46,858 nucleotides of DNA from an uncultured Verrucomicrobiae bacterium (GTDB taxonomy: Bacteria > Verrucomicrobiota > Verrucomicrobiia > Limisphaerales > JAFGQR01): contig CAWBHS010000066.1 of assembly GCA_963788655.1 (NCBI GenBank), forward strand, positions 1 to 46,858. The letters are read 5' to 3'. Of the stretch, positions 1-10,561 are shown piece by piece. Made by a program: the position numbers and the translations under genes. The notes below the pieces were generated by a model. The model was not told where the DNA came from and ran no database searches. It was given only the letters and a program-made list of their open reading frames with translations. Numbering within the stretch: the first letter of the stretch is position 1; every line of letters begins with the position of its first letter.

Positions 1-258
1 GACCTTGCCGCTGCAACAGCCCAAGGAGTTGCCAGAGGATCCGGACGGGTGCAGCGAGTTTGAACGCCGGGTGGTCGCGGATCTGGAGCAGGCCCAGGAT
101 CCTCGTCGGCCTCATGACCAAAAGCACCGATCCCAGCCGACTCCTCCAGCCGTCCGTTTCGCGCCCAAGCCCATTTGCTGTGCGCCGGGTTGCTGTCCCG
201 GTTGCCGGCCTTCACTAAAACCATCCAAAAACTCCATGATCACTGCGGACAAACGTAA
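1..258 (+). CDS. 3' end of a passenger ORF upstream of istA (partial, frameshifted; function unknown, possibly ParB-associated)
   Basis: Reads ...LQQPKELPEDPDGCSEFERRVVADLEQAQ then, after apparent indels, RAQAHLLCAGLLSRLPAFTKTIQKLHDHCGQT* (TAA 256-258), overlapping the istA ATG at 236. Confidence 0.5.
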
Positions 259-1704
259 AGCGGTCTTCCTGTTGCATCAGGAAGGCGTCCCAAGCGGGCC
301 ATTGCCCGTCAACTTCGACTCAGTCGCAACGCGGTGCGGCGGATTATCACCCAGTCCGGGCAGATGCCCCCGCCCATTCGCCCGCCGCGAGTGGTGTTGG
401 ATGGCGACCTGTTGCGCCAACTGCACCAGGAGTGTGAGGGCTACGCCCAGCGCATGACCGAAAAGCTGCGGGAAGAACACGGCATCACGGTCAAATACTC
501 GACCCTGACGCGGCATCTGCGGGACCTGGGCATCACCGGCCCGAGTCCGGCGCGCTGTCAAAAAGTGCCCGACGAACCCGGAGCGGAGATGCAGCATGAT
601 ACCAGCCCGTTCACAGTGTGGGTGGGCCCGCAGCGGCTGCGGCTGCAGGCCAGCCTGCTTTATCTGCGGTATTCCAAGCGGCGGTATCTGCAGTTCTACC
701 CCGTCTTAGATCGCTTTCACCTGAAGTGCTTCCTGCATCTGGCCTTGATGCATTGGGGTTATGCGCCGCGGGTCTGCGTCATCGACAACACCAATCTGGC
801 CCGTTGGCGCGGGTTGGGCGCTCGCGCGGTGATGGTCCCGGAGATGGAAGTCTTCGCGCGCGGCTACGGCTTCAAGTTCCTGTGCCATGCGCCCAAGCAT
901 GCGGATCGGAAAGCAGGCGAGGAACGCAGCTTCCTGACCGTCGAAACCAACTTCATTCCGGGCCGCACGTTTACCAGTCTGGAGGATCTCAACCACCAAG
1001 CTCTGGCGTGGTCCACCGTGCGGATGGAACAGCGACCGCAGGGCAAGGCCGGCCTCATTCCCGCGCAGGCCTTCGAATACGAACGCCAGTTCCTGACGCC
1101 ACTGCCCCGGCATCTCCCGGCCCCTTACCAACTGTTGGATCGTTCCATCGACGAATACGGCTTCGTCGCCGTCGAGGGCAATTACTACGAAATGCCCGGC
1201 ACCGGCCGGGGACAGGTCCAGGTGTTGCGCTACCTCCATCACGTGGTTCTTGGCCAGGATCGTCGCGCGGTGATCCAATACGCCCTGCCACCCTGGGGCG
1301 TGAAGAACCAGATCGTGCGCGCTCCCGGCCAGCCGGCGCGCTATCGCCCCCGCCACCTTCAACGCTCCAGTCACGAAGAGGAAAAACGCTTGCGCGCCCT
1401 GGCGCCGGAAGTCGCCGCCTACATCGACTTCATCCTCGCCACCCCGGGTCTGTTGCGTCACCAGTTCCTGCGCCGGCTCTGGGCGCGCCACCAACGCTGG
1501 GGCACGGGGCTGTTCCGGCGCACCGTGGAGCGAGCCCACCGCTACCACATCACCAACCTGGAGACGATCGAACGCATCGCCCGGTTGCTCCTGGACGACA
1601 CCGCGCTGCCCGAGCCCATGGTCGATCCCGATCTGGAAAAACGCCCCGCCTATCAGGAGGGCTCTCTCACCGACACGCCCGACCTCTCGCGCTATGATGA
1701 CTGA
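236..1704 (+). CDS. istA: IS21-family DDE transposase IstA (one apparent 1-nt deletion near 290)
   Basis: MITADKRKAVFLLHQEGVP joins a frame reading KRAIARQLRLSRNAVRRII (HTH); catalytic-type motifs MQHDTS, VIDNTN, KAGEER; directly followed by istB. Confidence 0.9.
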
Positions 1705-2434
1705 CACCCTGGCTGCGCAGTTGAAATACCTCCGCCTGACGGGCCTGTTGGCCCGCTGGGACGAATATTTGAAAGCCGCCGCTCAATCCAATCTCTCGCA
1801 TGCCCGGCTGCTCACTCGCGTGATCGAGGAGGAATACCGGCTCAAGTGTGACCAGGCCCGTGAGCAGCGCCTCAAGCTGGCCAAAATCCCGGAGAAGCTG
1901 GTGCTCGATACCTTTCCCTTCGCTCGCCAACCCAAGCTCAACCAGAAGAAGATCCTGGCCCTCTACGACTCCATGGCTTTCCTCAAGGACAAACAAAATA
2001 TCCTCTGGATGGGCGGCACCGGGGTCGGCAAGACCGGCTTGGCGACCGGCTTCCTCATCCAGGCCATCCATCAGGGAGCCCGCGGTCGTTACGTGCTCTT
2101 TGCCGATCTGCTGCACGAACTGCACCGCTCCCAGGCTGACCGTTCCCAGGCCCGTGTCCTGCGTCGCTATCTCCAATACGATATACTTTTGGTGGACGAA
2201 ATTGGGTACGTCGAGGCCGAGCCCGCGCAAGTCGGCCTCTTCTTCACCCTCCTGCACAAGCGCCACCGACAGCGCTCGACGCTCCTCACCTCCAACCTGG
2301 GGTTTAGCGAGTGGGCCTCCTTCCTGAAGAACCCCCATCTGACCGCCGCCTTGATCGACCGGCTGACCGAATCCAGCCACGTCTTCAACATGAAAGACTG
2401 CGTCAGCCTGCGCACCAGGATGACCGAGTCATGA
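1694..2434 (+). CDS. istB: IS21 helper AAA+ ATPase IstB
   Basis: Walker A GGTGVGKT, Walker B LLVDEIGY, LTSNL..W and ALIDRL motifs; overlaps the istA stop. Confidence 0.95.
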   Translation: MMTDTLAAQLKYLRLTGLLARWDEYLKAAAQSNLSHARLLTRVIEEEYRLKCDQAREQRLKLAKIPEKLVLDTFPFARQPKLNQKKILALYDSMAFLKDKQNILWMGGTGVGKTGLATGFLIQAIHQGARGRYVLFADLLHELHRSQADRSQARVLRRYLQYDILLVDEIGYVEAEPAQVGLFFTLLHKRHRQRSTLLTSNLGFSEWASFLKNPHLTAALIDRLTESSHVFNMKDCVSLRTRMTES

Positions 2435-3336
2435 ACCCCGTGAGATACACCCCCGCAGACCATCCGCACAGTTCCCCATCGTTATCTCACGGGGTGAACT
2501 GGCGCGCCCGAGCCGACCGCCTGCGCGCCCTGCCGCTGCCGGTCGTCCTGGCGGCGTTGGAGGCCACCCCCGATCCCGGCGACCGGGCCAAGTGGCGCAC
2601 CGCCCGCGGCGTGCTCTCCGTCACCGGCGCCAAGTTCATCAACTGGAGCCAAGGCGTCGGCGGTGGCGGCGCCATCGACTTGGTCATGCACATGCACCAA
2701 CTGGGCTTTGGCCGGGCCCTGCAATGGTTGGAAGAGCGCTTCGGCACTGGGCCGCCGGTCCAACCCGCCTTCAGCCCGGCGCCCCGGGTACTGACGCTCC
2801 CGCCTCCGTCGATGCACCACTGGCCCCGCGTTGAACGTTACCTCGTCGAACAACGGCAACTCCCGCGCTGGTTGCTCACGCCGCTCGTTCACGCCGGGAT
2901 CATTTACGCGGACGCAAGGGCCAATGCTGTCTTCCTATTGGGCGACACCCCAGCCACCGCGGTCGGCGCTGAACTGCGTGGCACCACCTCTGGGTCCTGG
3001 CGCGGCCTGGCTCCAGGCTCCCGCAAAGATGACGGCTGCTTCTCGGTGTCCACCGCCTCCGCCCAGGCCATCGTGCTCTGCGAATCGGCCATCGACGCCC
3101 TCAGTTGCCACGTCCTTCATCCGACCTTCCGCTGCCTCTCCACCTCCGGCGCCAGACCCGCCCCTGCCTGGCTCAGCGTCTGGCTCCGTTTGGGCCTGCC
3201 CCTCTTCTGCGGCTTCGACGCGGATCCCACCGGCGACGCCATGGCCCATCGCATGATCGAGTCTCATCCTGCCATCGTCCGACTTCGTCCTCCGGCCAAA
3301 GACTGGAACGACGCCCTGCGTCTCCAGTCCCGCTGA
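2431..3336 (+). CDS. DUF3991/TOPRIM-domain primase-like protein
   Basis: ATGA overlap with the istB stop; GGGAIDLVMH..F.RALQWL (primase N-terminal-like), RYLVEQRQLP, TOPRIM motifs IVLCESAIDALS and GFDADPTGD, C-terminal RPPAKDWND. Confidence 0.8.
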   Translation: MNPVRYTPADHPHSSPSLSHGVNWRARADRLRALPLPVVLAALEATPDPGDRAKWRTARGVLSVTGAKFINWSQGVGGGGAIDLVMHMHQLGFGRALQWLEERFGTGPPVQPAFSPAPRVLTLPPPSMHHWPRVERYLVEQRQLPRWLLTPLVHAGIIYADARANAVFLLGDTPATAVGAELRGTTSGSWRGLAPGSRKDDGCFSVSTASAQAIVLCESAIDALSCHVLHPTFRCLSTSGARPAPAWLSVWLRLGLPLFCGFDADPTGDAMAHRMIESHPAIVRLRPPAKDWNDALRLQSR

Positions 3337-3437
3337 ATCCGTCGCTTCCCTCGTCTCCGCGATCCGCGCTTCGTCGTTCCCTACTCGGAACCCGTCTTCC
3401 TCCCTGGAAAGGAAATCCCTCTGCCCTTCAGCCAGGT

Positions 3438-3486
3438 GGGTCACTTCTCATGAGCACCCCCGGGTCAATTTTCGTGAGCGGCGACG
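3438..3486 (+). repeat. IS21-type right end with two tandem 18-bp transposase-binding repeats
   Basis: GGGTCACTTCTCATGAGC (3438-3455) and GGGTCAATTTTCGTGAGC (3462-3479) match at 15/18 with a 24-bp period, followed by GGCGACG. Confidence 0.75.
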
Positions 3487-6400
3487 AGTTAGGTCGGGTG
3501 AATAGGGAGATGGCCAGTGCTTCTTGTTGTCCTTCCAAATGGACGCTTTCAATGGACAATTCGGGCGCGGCAGTTCCTTGCAGTCATCGTCGTTCTCGTT
3601 GGCTTCTTCGAGAAGATCCGCTAGATCGTCGAGGTCATCATCGTCGCCTTTCATGAGCGCCCTGTTCACCGCGTCGATCAGGTCGGATTCTGGCAGCGGA
3701 TAGTTCACGCCGGGGGCTGTTGCGTTGAGCAGCGCCGCAACAGCTTGCTTCAACAGATCGGCAACCTCATCGTGGCCAGCGTCGCCTTCCAAAGCTTCCA
3801 ACAACGTCTTGTCGCCCGCTTTGCGGCACAACGAGGCTTTGGCAAAAACGCTTTCCACGGTTTGATGCCAGGAATAACCGGACGGCCACCCCCCCAGCAG
3901 TTTCTTCCATTCCGAGGCAGTCCGCGGACAATTGGGGACTGGTGGTTTAGTGCAGTCTTTGTCGTTCTCGTTGGCCTTCTTAAGCAAATCCTTGAGGTCA
4001 TCAATAACGTCGTCTTTCTTGCTCTTCAGCGCTTTGTTGACGCTCGCAATCACCACGTTCTTGGTAAATGCGAATTTGATGTTCGGGGCGGCCGCGTTCA
4101 GCAATGCGGCTGCGGCTTCCCTGAGGAGATCTTGGATTTCGTCGTCGGATCCGGCCTTGCCATACAGGGCGTCCAGCAAGGTTTTACGATGCGTGTCCCG
4201 ACAGCGGGTCACGTCAGCAAACACGTCCTTCAATTTCAGATCCGGGTAGTATCCGGTCGGCCAAGCCCCGGGATTCCGTTTCCAATAACTCGCCTTTTCC
4301 GGACAATCCTTGGGTGACGGCGGTGACTTGATAATTTTGCAGACAACGGCCTGGGCCACCTGGGGGGGTAACAGCGTGCCGTTGGCCAGAGCCACGGCGA
4401 CAGCAGTGTTGGTCACGCAAGAATCGCAGGGCAACGGATATTGCTCGTTCGTTTTGAGCTTCGAAGGCGAATTATGAATCATGGGCACATTCACTCGGCC
4501 GTAACCGCTCGGTCCGAAAATCGCTCCACTGACCACCACTTCATAACTGTTTTCATACTCCCACGCCGGGAAGTCGGCTTCGGGTGCCGGTGAGTTTTCG
4601 GTGTAACCATAGAACTCCGGCGCTTGATTCAACGAGCGGGAAATCGACGTGTCGAAGCTCAGGATGTCGCTGGCATTGCCAACGTTCAGTCGTCCGTCTC
4701 CGCCGAGCCCCAAAGTCCCGAACCCCGAGGGGTAGCTGGCTGAGGCACTGATATAGTCCACTTCGAAGTCCAGGACGACTTGGCCGTCACGGTTTTCGAA
4801 TTGGAATCGGGCCCGGTCATTATGCACCAAATCGCCAAATGAATGGCTTCCGGAATAGCCGACGGCATTGGCACCGTACGTATTGTCGATCAAGTTGCGG
4901 TCCTGGAGCAGCGTGGCTTTGACGTCCCCGTTGGCCATCACTTCGGTAATCAACGTGCCCATCGGGGTGTCCACTCCCTGGATGTTGGTGCATAAGGTCA
5001 CCGGCGGCACGTTCGTCACCTTGCAAATCGTCGCCTCACCAGGCGCCAGTGTGGGCACGTTACAGACCGTAAAATCGTCGCCTGTATAACTGGGCGTACC
5101 GTTATCATCCGCCACCGTGATATCGTGCAGAAGCACGCTACCGGTGTTGGTCACCATGTATGTGTACGTGACCTTGCGGCCCGGTGTCGCTGCTTGTTTG
5201 TCCGCCGATTTGAACAACTGGAAGCCCGGCGGTTGGGAAACGCACTTCACCATACCGTCGCAGGCAGTGTTGACCGCCACCGGAATGCCGTTAATGTCGT
5301 AACCACATCCATCCCCGGCTGATGATACATGAGCTGCCGCGCTGACGTCGATGAGGAGCGGCTGGAAACCAATGATCCCGCAGTTCACCGAGGCAGTGCA
5401 TTGGTATGTGGTACAATCCCCGTGAGCCAGATCGAAGGCGGCCGGCAAGGGGCAACCCAGGTTGGCCAACGCCGGCGAACTGATCGTTATTCCGGACAGA
5501 TCGGCCCCACTGGGGTTGCAAAGCTCAACCGAGAACGTCACATCGCAGGGGGTGCCATCGTCGGGCACGGTGATTTGGTTGTCGTTGGGATCGCCATCGG
5601 TGTCACATGGGGAGGTTATCGTAACCTGGCAAGTCAGGCTCGCCGGCTCCACGATGGCCGCCGCGCTGTCCACCGCCGTGACGACCGCAGCGCCCGGCGT
5701 ATTGGCGGGTTGGCCATGAGCAGTAACGGTGTTGGTAGTATTCGCGCTCCACGCCATTTTGACGATTTGCGTCACCGAACCGCCCACTGGCAAAACCGTA
5801 TTTGCGTCGGCGAAAAACAGACTTGTCAGATCGCCGAGTTGGTCGTCCACCACGGAGAGATTGTCCAAGTCGAGTTTGCCGCAGTTCATGACAGCGATTC
5901 GATAACAGAAGGCCGGACTTTGGTTGCCCAGAAAGCCCGTAGCCATTTTGCTAAAGGAACCACAATTGTCACCGGGTTGGAGGCAGGCAATTTCCTTGGT
6001 GACTTGGAGGCAGGGCTGATCTCCCACCGTGAGGTCGTAAATGAAACTGCTGGCAATGCCCGTCGTACTCCTGGGATGAGTGATGGTTGCTTTCACGGTT
6101 ATCGAGTATGGAACAGCGTCCACTCCCGAACCATTGGCGTCACCCGAAAAGGCTCCGGTGAAGGGCCCCTGGCTGATTAGCACGGCACCGGAAGTGTCGA
6201 GTGGAATATTTGAGGAGTTGGCGTACACCGCAAAGGCCACATTGCCCCCGGAAGCGACTGTGCCACCCGTCGAAGCGACAAAGCCGCCAACCGGTGCCGG
6301 CGTAAAATCAGTGTCCGAAAACCGAATCGTAAGGACTCCGCCGTCTTTGCTTGTGTCCACCGAACTCAAACTGAGTTGAGGGGCGGCGGCATCTCCTTGC

Positions 6401-6639
6401 GTCGGTTTGGTTAATCCACTGGTCACATTAATGCTGAAAGGCCCAACGGCGCCAATGTAGGTAACAGCGCCGGGGAGCAGGCTGCCGTCCTGGGCATCCC
6501 CGTCGTGAACAGTCACGGTAACCGTTCCATCGCTTAACTCCAACACCGCCGCGGCAAAAGCCGATGGCGAGCCCACGATGGCTAACAAGCTGGCGGCCAA
6601 CAGCGGCATGGTGATGGTTCGCAAATTTTTTGTTTTCAT
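3487..6639 (-). pseudogene. Large secreted multidomain protein (DUF11/Ig-like modules, C-terminal ~124-aa helical repeats), truncated at the 3' end by the IS
   Basis: Signal peptide MKTKNLRTITMPLLAASLLAIVGSPSAFA; DUF11-like KSADKQAATPGRKVTYTYMVTNTG; the third repeat breaks after WPSPYSPDLT and reads into IS sequence to a stop at 3448. Confidence 0.8.
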
Positions 6640-6990
6640 GATTGGTTCGTTTTTAAAAAGGTCGTTCGTTGGGAAGTGATTCATCTCCTCCTGCGACTAA
6701 GAACTCTGATTCCCTCGTGCCATTGCCTCCCACCTCTTGTCCTAAGCAGGTTGATTGTCTCGCTCTGGTTTTATATGCTTCAGTTTTCGTTCAGCCGTCT
6801 TTCCTTTGTTTTATGGCTCGTTTCCGTACGAAGTATAACCAGTAGCTTCCATGCCACCTTTGACGGTAACAATTTTTACATTAAATGACTGCAGCTCGTC
6901 AATCAAAAAAGGATTAGCGCGTATTGAAGTTTCGCTGGGAAAACTTCCGGCATTCAAGGGGTGAAGTGTTTGCTCGTGGTGGCTATTCGT

Positions 6991-9006
6991 TTAAAACCCC
7001 AATTGCCCGCCCATTGCGGCATACCAAGCCGATAAGGGTTGCAGCTCGCGTCGAACGCGCTGGCTGGTTTCGCGGTAAATCAACCGACGCGGTGCCGCCA
7101 AACTGGCGAGTTGTTTGATGTCAAAGGATTCGAGCAAGCCGAAGCAGAGCAGCTCCGGCGTTTGGTTGGCGCCCCAGTTCCGCTCAATCACTTCTTTCAA
7201 ACTGCCCAGAGCATCGTGCAATTCAATGGCGCCAATGGCCTCGGTTTCCAATCCGGCAGCCACCAGGGAATACGTCGTCGAACGCGGGCCGACGGCTACC
7301 AGCCGCACTGGACCTTGGTTGAATTTCTCGCGCCCCCACCGGGCAATCGCCGCCACTTGGCTGGCTTGAATACCGAGCGGGCGCTCACCCACCGCAGCCA
7401 CCAGCAATGCAAACAGGTAATCGCGCCGCGGAATTCGCGATTCACCAAAATAGAACGGATCTACAGCCAACACGCGGTAACCATTGGCCAGCAGTTGCTG
7501 CGCCTGCGCCGACGCGCTGCGCCGGCCTTGATCGGCGACCAAAACAGCAGTTTGAGTGGATAGACCTTGGCCAAGTTCGATCGCTGGCACTGTCCAGGCA
7601 TCATCCACTTTCAGCCGCCAAAACTCAGTATGAAGGCCGTCTTTTTGTTCCATGCCGATCCGTTCGGCAATGACTTGGGAATGCTTAGCGCGCACCACTT
7701 CTCGCAGCTTGGCGCGTTGGCTGGTTTGCCGTGCGTGGGCGGTGGCCATTTCACTCGGGAGTTCGGCAGAAAGTGGCAGGTCTTTGCTCAATTCCAGGGC
7801 CAGGCTCTTGAACGTCGCGTTATCGGCGGGCAGAGCCACATCCAGCACTCCATTGGTTTTGATTTCCGTAGCGCAAGGAATTTCCCGCGACGAGAAGTCT
7901 TTTCCCGCGTAAAAATTATCGCCCAGCATCCGGTACAACGCTTCACGGTTGTTCTGCTCAAAGTTATGGGTGCCGGGTTCATGGTTCACGTGCCAGCGTA
8001 AGTTGGCTTCCTGGCCGAAGAGTTTATAGATGGGCGAGGCCGCTTTCAACAATGGCTCCAGCGCATGATCCGACGCAAAGCAGCAATTGTCCTCGGCGTT
8101 GAACGTGAGGAGGGCGGGACGTGGAGCCAGCATGGCGGTCAGATGCGTGTAGTCCGCCAACGTGGCCAAGTCGCAAGGAGTCTGTTCGGAGTCGCCCAGG
8201 TCTTCCAAAAAGCGGGCGCGAGTGCGAAAACTGGAATAGCCGGCGACCGGGTTGCACAATTTCACGCGCGGATCGAGTGAACTAATGAAGATAGTCTGCC
8301 ATCCGCCGCCGGAAAGACCAGCCACCGCCACGCGCTCCGGATCGGTCCGAGGATGATCCAACAATACGTCCAACGCCCGCGCCATGGCCAGGTAGAACAC
8401 CGCAATGCCACTGGTGCCGCACAGATTGAGCTGGTTCATCAAAGCGTGCGCGTAACCGTCACCGCGCAATTGGCCCATGCCAATCCATTCGGGATTCAAC
8501 GCCAGCATGCCGCGCCGGACCTGATTGATGCAGCGGATTTGCTTGTAAGGAACCGACTTGCCCACCGGATCATGGCCATTGACGTTCAGGACGGCCGGCA
8601 CCGAGCCGGAGAGATTGTCCGGTTCGTAAAGCAGGGCGGGAATCCAGAAGCCTGGCACCACTTCATACCGCAACTTCTTGATGTGATACCCCGGACCGCC
8701 CTCAATCGTGGCCAGCCATTCGACGCGTGTTTTAGTCTGACGCCACCGGGCGGCCGCGCCACGGAAAATGACCTGGTCGAGGACGGCCTGACGAGTCTCA
8801 TTGGCATAACGCTCCCAGTCAGCCGCCGAAGAGATCGATGGCATGAACGGCACGCGGCTTTCAGTAAATGTCTGCACCTCCGCCAGGGGGGTGTCGGGTT
8901 CCAGAATCGGCCGTTCGAGAAGCGATTGCAGCACCGCCAAATTCGCAGCGAAGGAGGTGAGCGTTAAATTGAAAACCAATGCCAGCCCGAGAATCGTTTT
9001 GGTCAT
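6991..9006 (-). CDS. Secreted alpha/beta-hydrolase (acetylxylan-esterase-like, two hydrolase-like halves)
   Basis: Signal peptide; PAVLNVNGH, nucleophile elbow GLSGGG, DNCCF and GTHNF motifs. Confidence 0.8.
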   Translation of the reverse strand: MTKTILGLALVFNLTLTSFAANLAVLQSLLERPILEPDTPLAEVQTFTESRVPFMPSISSAADWERYANETRQAVLDQVIFRGAAARWRQTKTRVEWLATIEGGPGYHIKKLRYEVVPGFWIPALLYEPDNLSGSVPAVLNVNGHDPVGKSVPYKQIRCINQVRRGMLALNPEWIGMGQLRGDGYAHALMNQLNLCGTSGIAVFYLAMARALDVLLDHPRTDPERVAVAGLSGGGWQTIFISSLDPRVKLCNPVAGYSSFRTRARFLEDLGDSEQTPCDLATLADYTHLTAMLAPRPALLTFNAEDNCCFASDHALEPLLKAASPIYKLFGQEANLRWHVNHEPGTHNFEQNNREALYRMLGDNFYAGKDFSSREIPCATEIKTNGVLDVALPADNATFKSLALELSKDLPLSAELPSEMATAHARQTSQRAKLREVVRAKHSQVIAERIGMEQKDGLHTEFWRLKVDDAWTVPAIELGQGLSTQTAVLVADQGRRSASAQAQQLLANGYRVLAVDPFYFGESRIPRRDYLFALLVAAVGERPLGIQASQVAAIARWGREKFNQGPVRLVAVGPRSTTYSLVAAGLETEAIGAIELHDALGSLKEVIERNWGANQTPELLCFGLLESFDIKQLASLAAPRRLIYRETSQRVRRELQPLSAWYAAMGGQLGF

Positions 9007-9124
9007 GACACCAGAGTGATCCGGCGCCCGCCACCGTCAAGGCGTAACTTATCGGTGCAATTTATCCATTTGAAAAAACAGTTCCAATTTGGTATTGCAT
9101 CTGCATTCTAGTCACGCACGAACC

Positions 9125-10282
9125 ATGAACACTTCCACCATTCAATTCCTCTCCGGAATGTTGGTCAGCCTGATGACCACCCTCGCAACGTTTTTTCTCA
9201 CACTGCCAGCAGCGGATGCCGTAGGCTCTGCCAATGACCGACGCGTGGAGGAACGTGTCTTCGGACAGATGCCCGACGGCACCGCCGTCAAGCTTTTCAC
9301 ATTACGCAATGCCCAGGGAATGCTGGTTAAAGTCATGTCCTACGGCGCGACCATGACGGAAATTCAGGCACCGGACCGACACGGCAATTTCACGAATGTG
9401 ATTATCGGTTCGGACACTCTGCAAGCCTACCTGAAGGGGCATCCGGCCGCCGCCTCGGTCATTGGCCGGTTTGCCAATCGTATTGCCGGCGCGCGCTTCA
9501 ATCTTGAGGGCCAGGAATACCGGGTCACCGCCAATTCCGGAGCGAATCACATTCATGGCGGCAACCGGAACTTCGCAAAGGTGGTTTGGGAGGGGCAGGC
9601 CCAGCCGGTGGGAACGCACGGAGCTTCGGTCCAATTCCGCTACCTCAGCCGGGATGGTGAAGAAGGTTTTCCCGGCAACTTGACCGTCACCGTGACCTAC
9701 ACGCTGACCGACGCGAATGAGTTGCGGATCGATTACACGGCGCGTACCGACAAGGCCACCGTGGTGAACCTGACCAATCACGCCTACTTCAATCTGGCAG
9801 GCTTTGGGAACATTCTCGATCACGTGCTTTGGCTTGACGCGGATCTCTATACGCCGGCGGACGAACAACTGATTCCCACCGGTGAAATTGCGCGGGTGAA
9901 GGGCACCCCGTTGGATTTTACCGCGCCAACCCCGATTGGCCGGCGCCTCGATCGGCTCAAGCCTCGACTCAGCGGCTACGATCACAACTACGTTTTGAAA
10001 GGCGATGGTAGCAAGCCCGTCCGTTTTGCCCGCCTGGAAGCTCCTGGCAGCGGCCGAATCATGGACGTGTCCACTACTCAACCGGGCGTGCAGCTTTATA
10101 CTGGTAACCATCTCCGAACGTTCGTGGGTACCGGTGGGGCGGTATTTGGCAGCCACGGCGGCGTGTGCCTGGAAACTCAGCATTTTCCTGACGCGATCAA
10201 CCACCCGCATTTTCCGTCTCCCATTTTGCGGCCAAACGAAACATTTCACAGCACGACTCGGTTCACCTTTTCGACAGAGTGA
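9125..10282 (+). CDS. galM: Aldose 1-epimerase (galactose mutarotase), exported
   Basis: GRFANRIAGA, NHIHGG, EEGFPGNL, NLTNHAYFNL, GYDHNY and CLETQHFPD motifs; hydrophobic N-terminus. Confidence 0.93.
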   Translation: MNTSTIQFLSGMLVSLMTTLATFFLTLPAADAVGSANDRRVEERVFGQMPDGTAVKLFTLRNAQGMLVKVMSYGATMTEIQAPDRHGNFTNVIIGSDTLQAYLKGHPAAASVIGRFANRIAGARFNLEGQEYRVTANSGANHIHGGNRNFAKVVWEGQAQPVGTHGASVQFRYLSRDGEEGFPGNLTVTVTYTLTDANELRIDYTARTDKATVVNLTNHAYFNLAGFGNILDHVLWLDADLYTPADEQLIPTGEIARVKGTPLDFTAPTPIGRRLDRLKPRLSGYDHNYVLKGDGSKPVRFARLEAPGSGRIMDVSTTQPGVQLYTGNHLRTFVGTGGAVFGSHGGVCLETQHFPDAINHPHFPSPILRPNETFHSTTRFTFSTE

Positions 10283-10561
10283 TCACCCAGGATTAGCTGT
10301 GGCCGGTTCATACTTCCTGCTCACTGGAAAACCAGGCAGACGCGAGGCGGGAGCACGGCGACCAACAAGTTAGGATTGTTCTTTCTTTTGAGGCGACTTC
10401 TGACGCTGTGGATAGATGCGCGGCTATTTCCAACCTCGCTCTCTTTTTACCATTAGGGTGGTACATGCCGGTGTGCTCGCCATTTTCAATGCTTGCGCCG
10501 ATGGTAGCCAGACGGATAATGGCGGCAACGCATGATTGGCCTTCAAACCAACCACGATTTT

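Larger units (their letters stand above)
1..3486 (+). mobile_element. IS21-family element, right part, with passenger genes; left end lies outside the window
   Basis: istA-istB pair, tandem terminal repeats at 3438-3479, and an abrupt junction at 3486/3487 that cuts a host gene in the middle of a repeat. Confidence 0.85.

Noticed and set aside
280..300. Programmed frameshift in istA
   Set aside because: No slippery A-run heptamer; a missing base at a short homopolymer matches the indel pattern seen elsewhere in the window.
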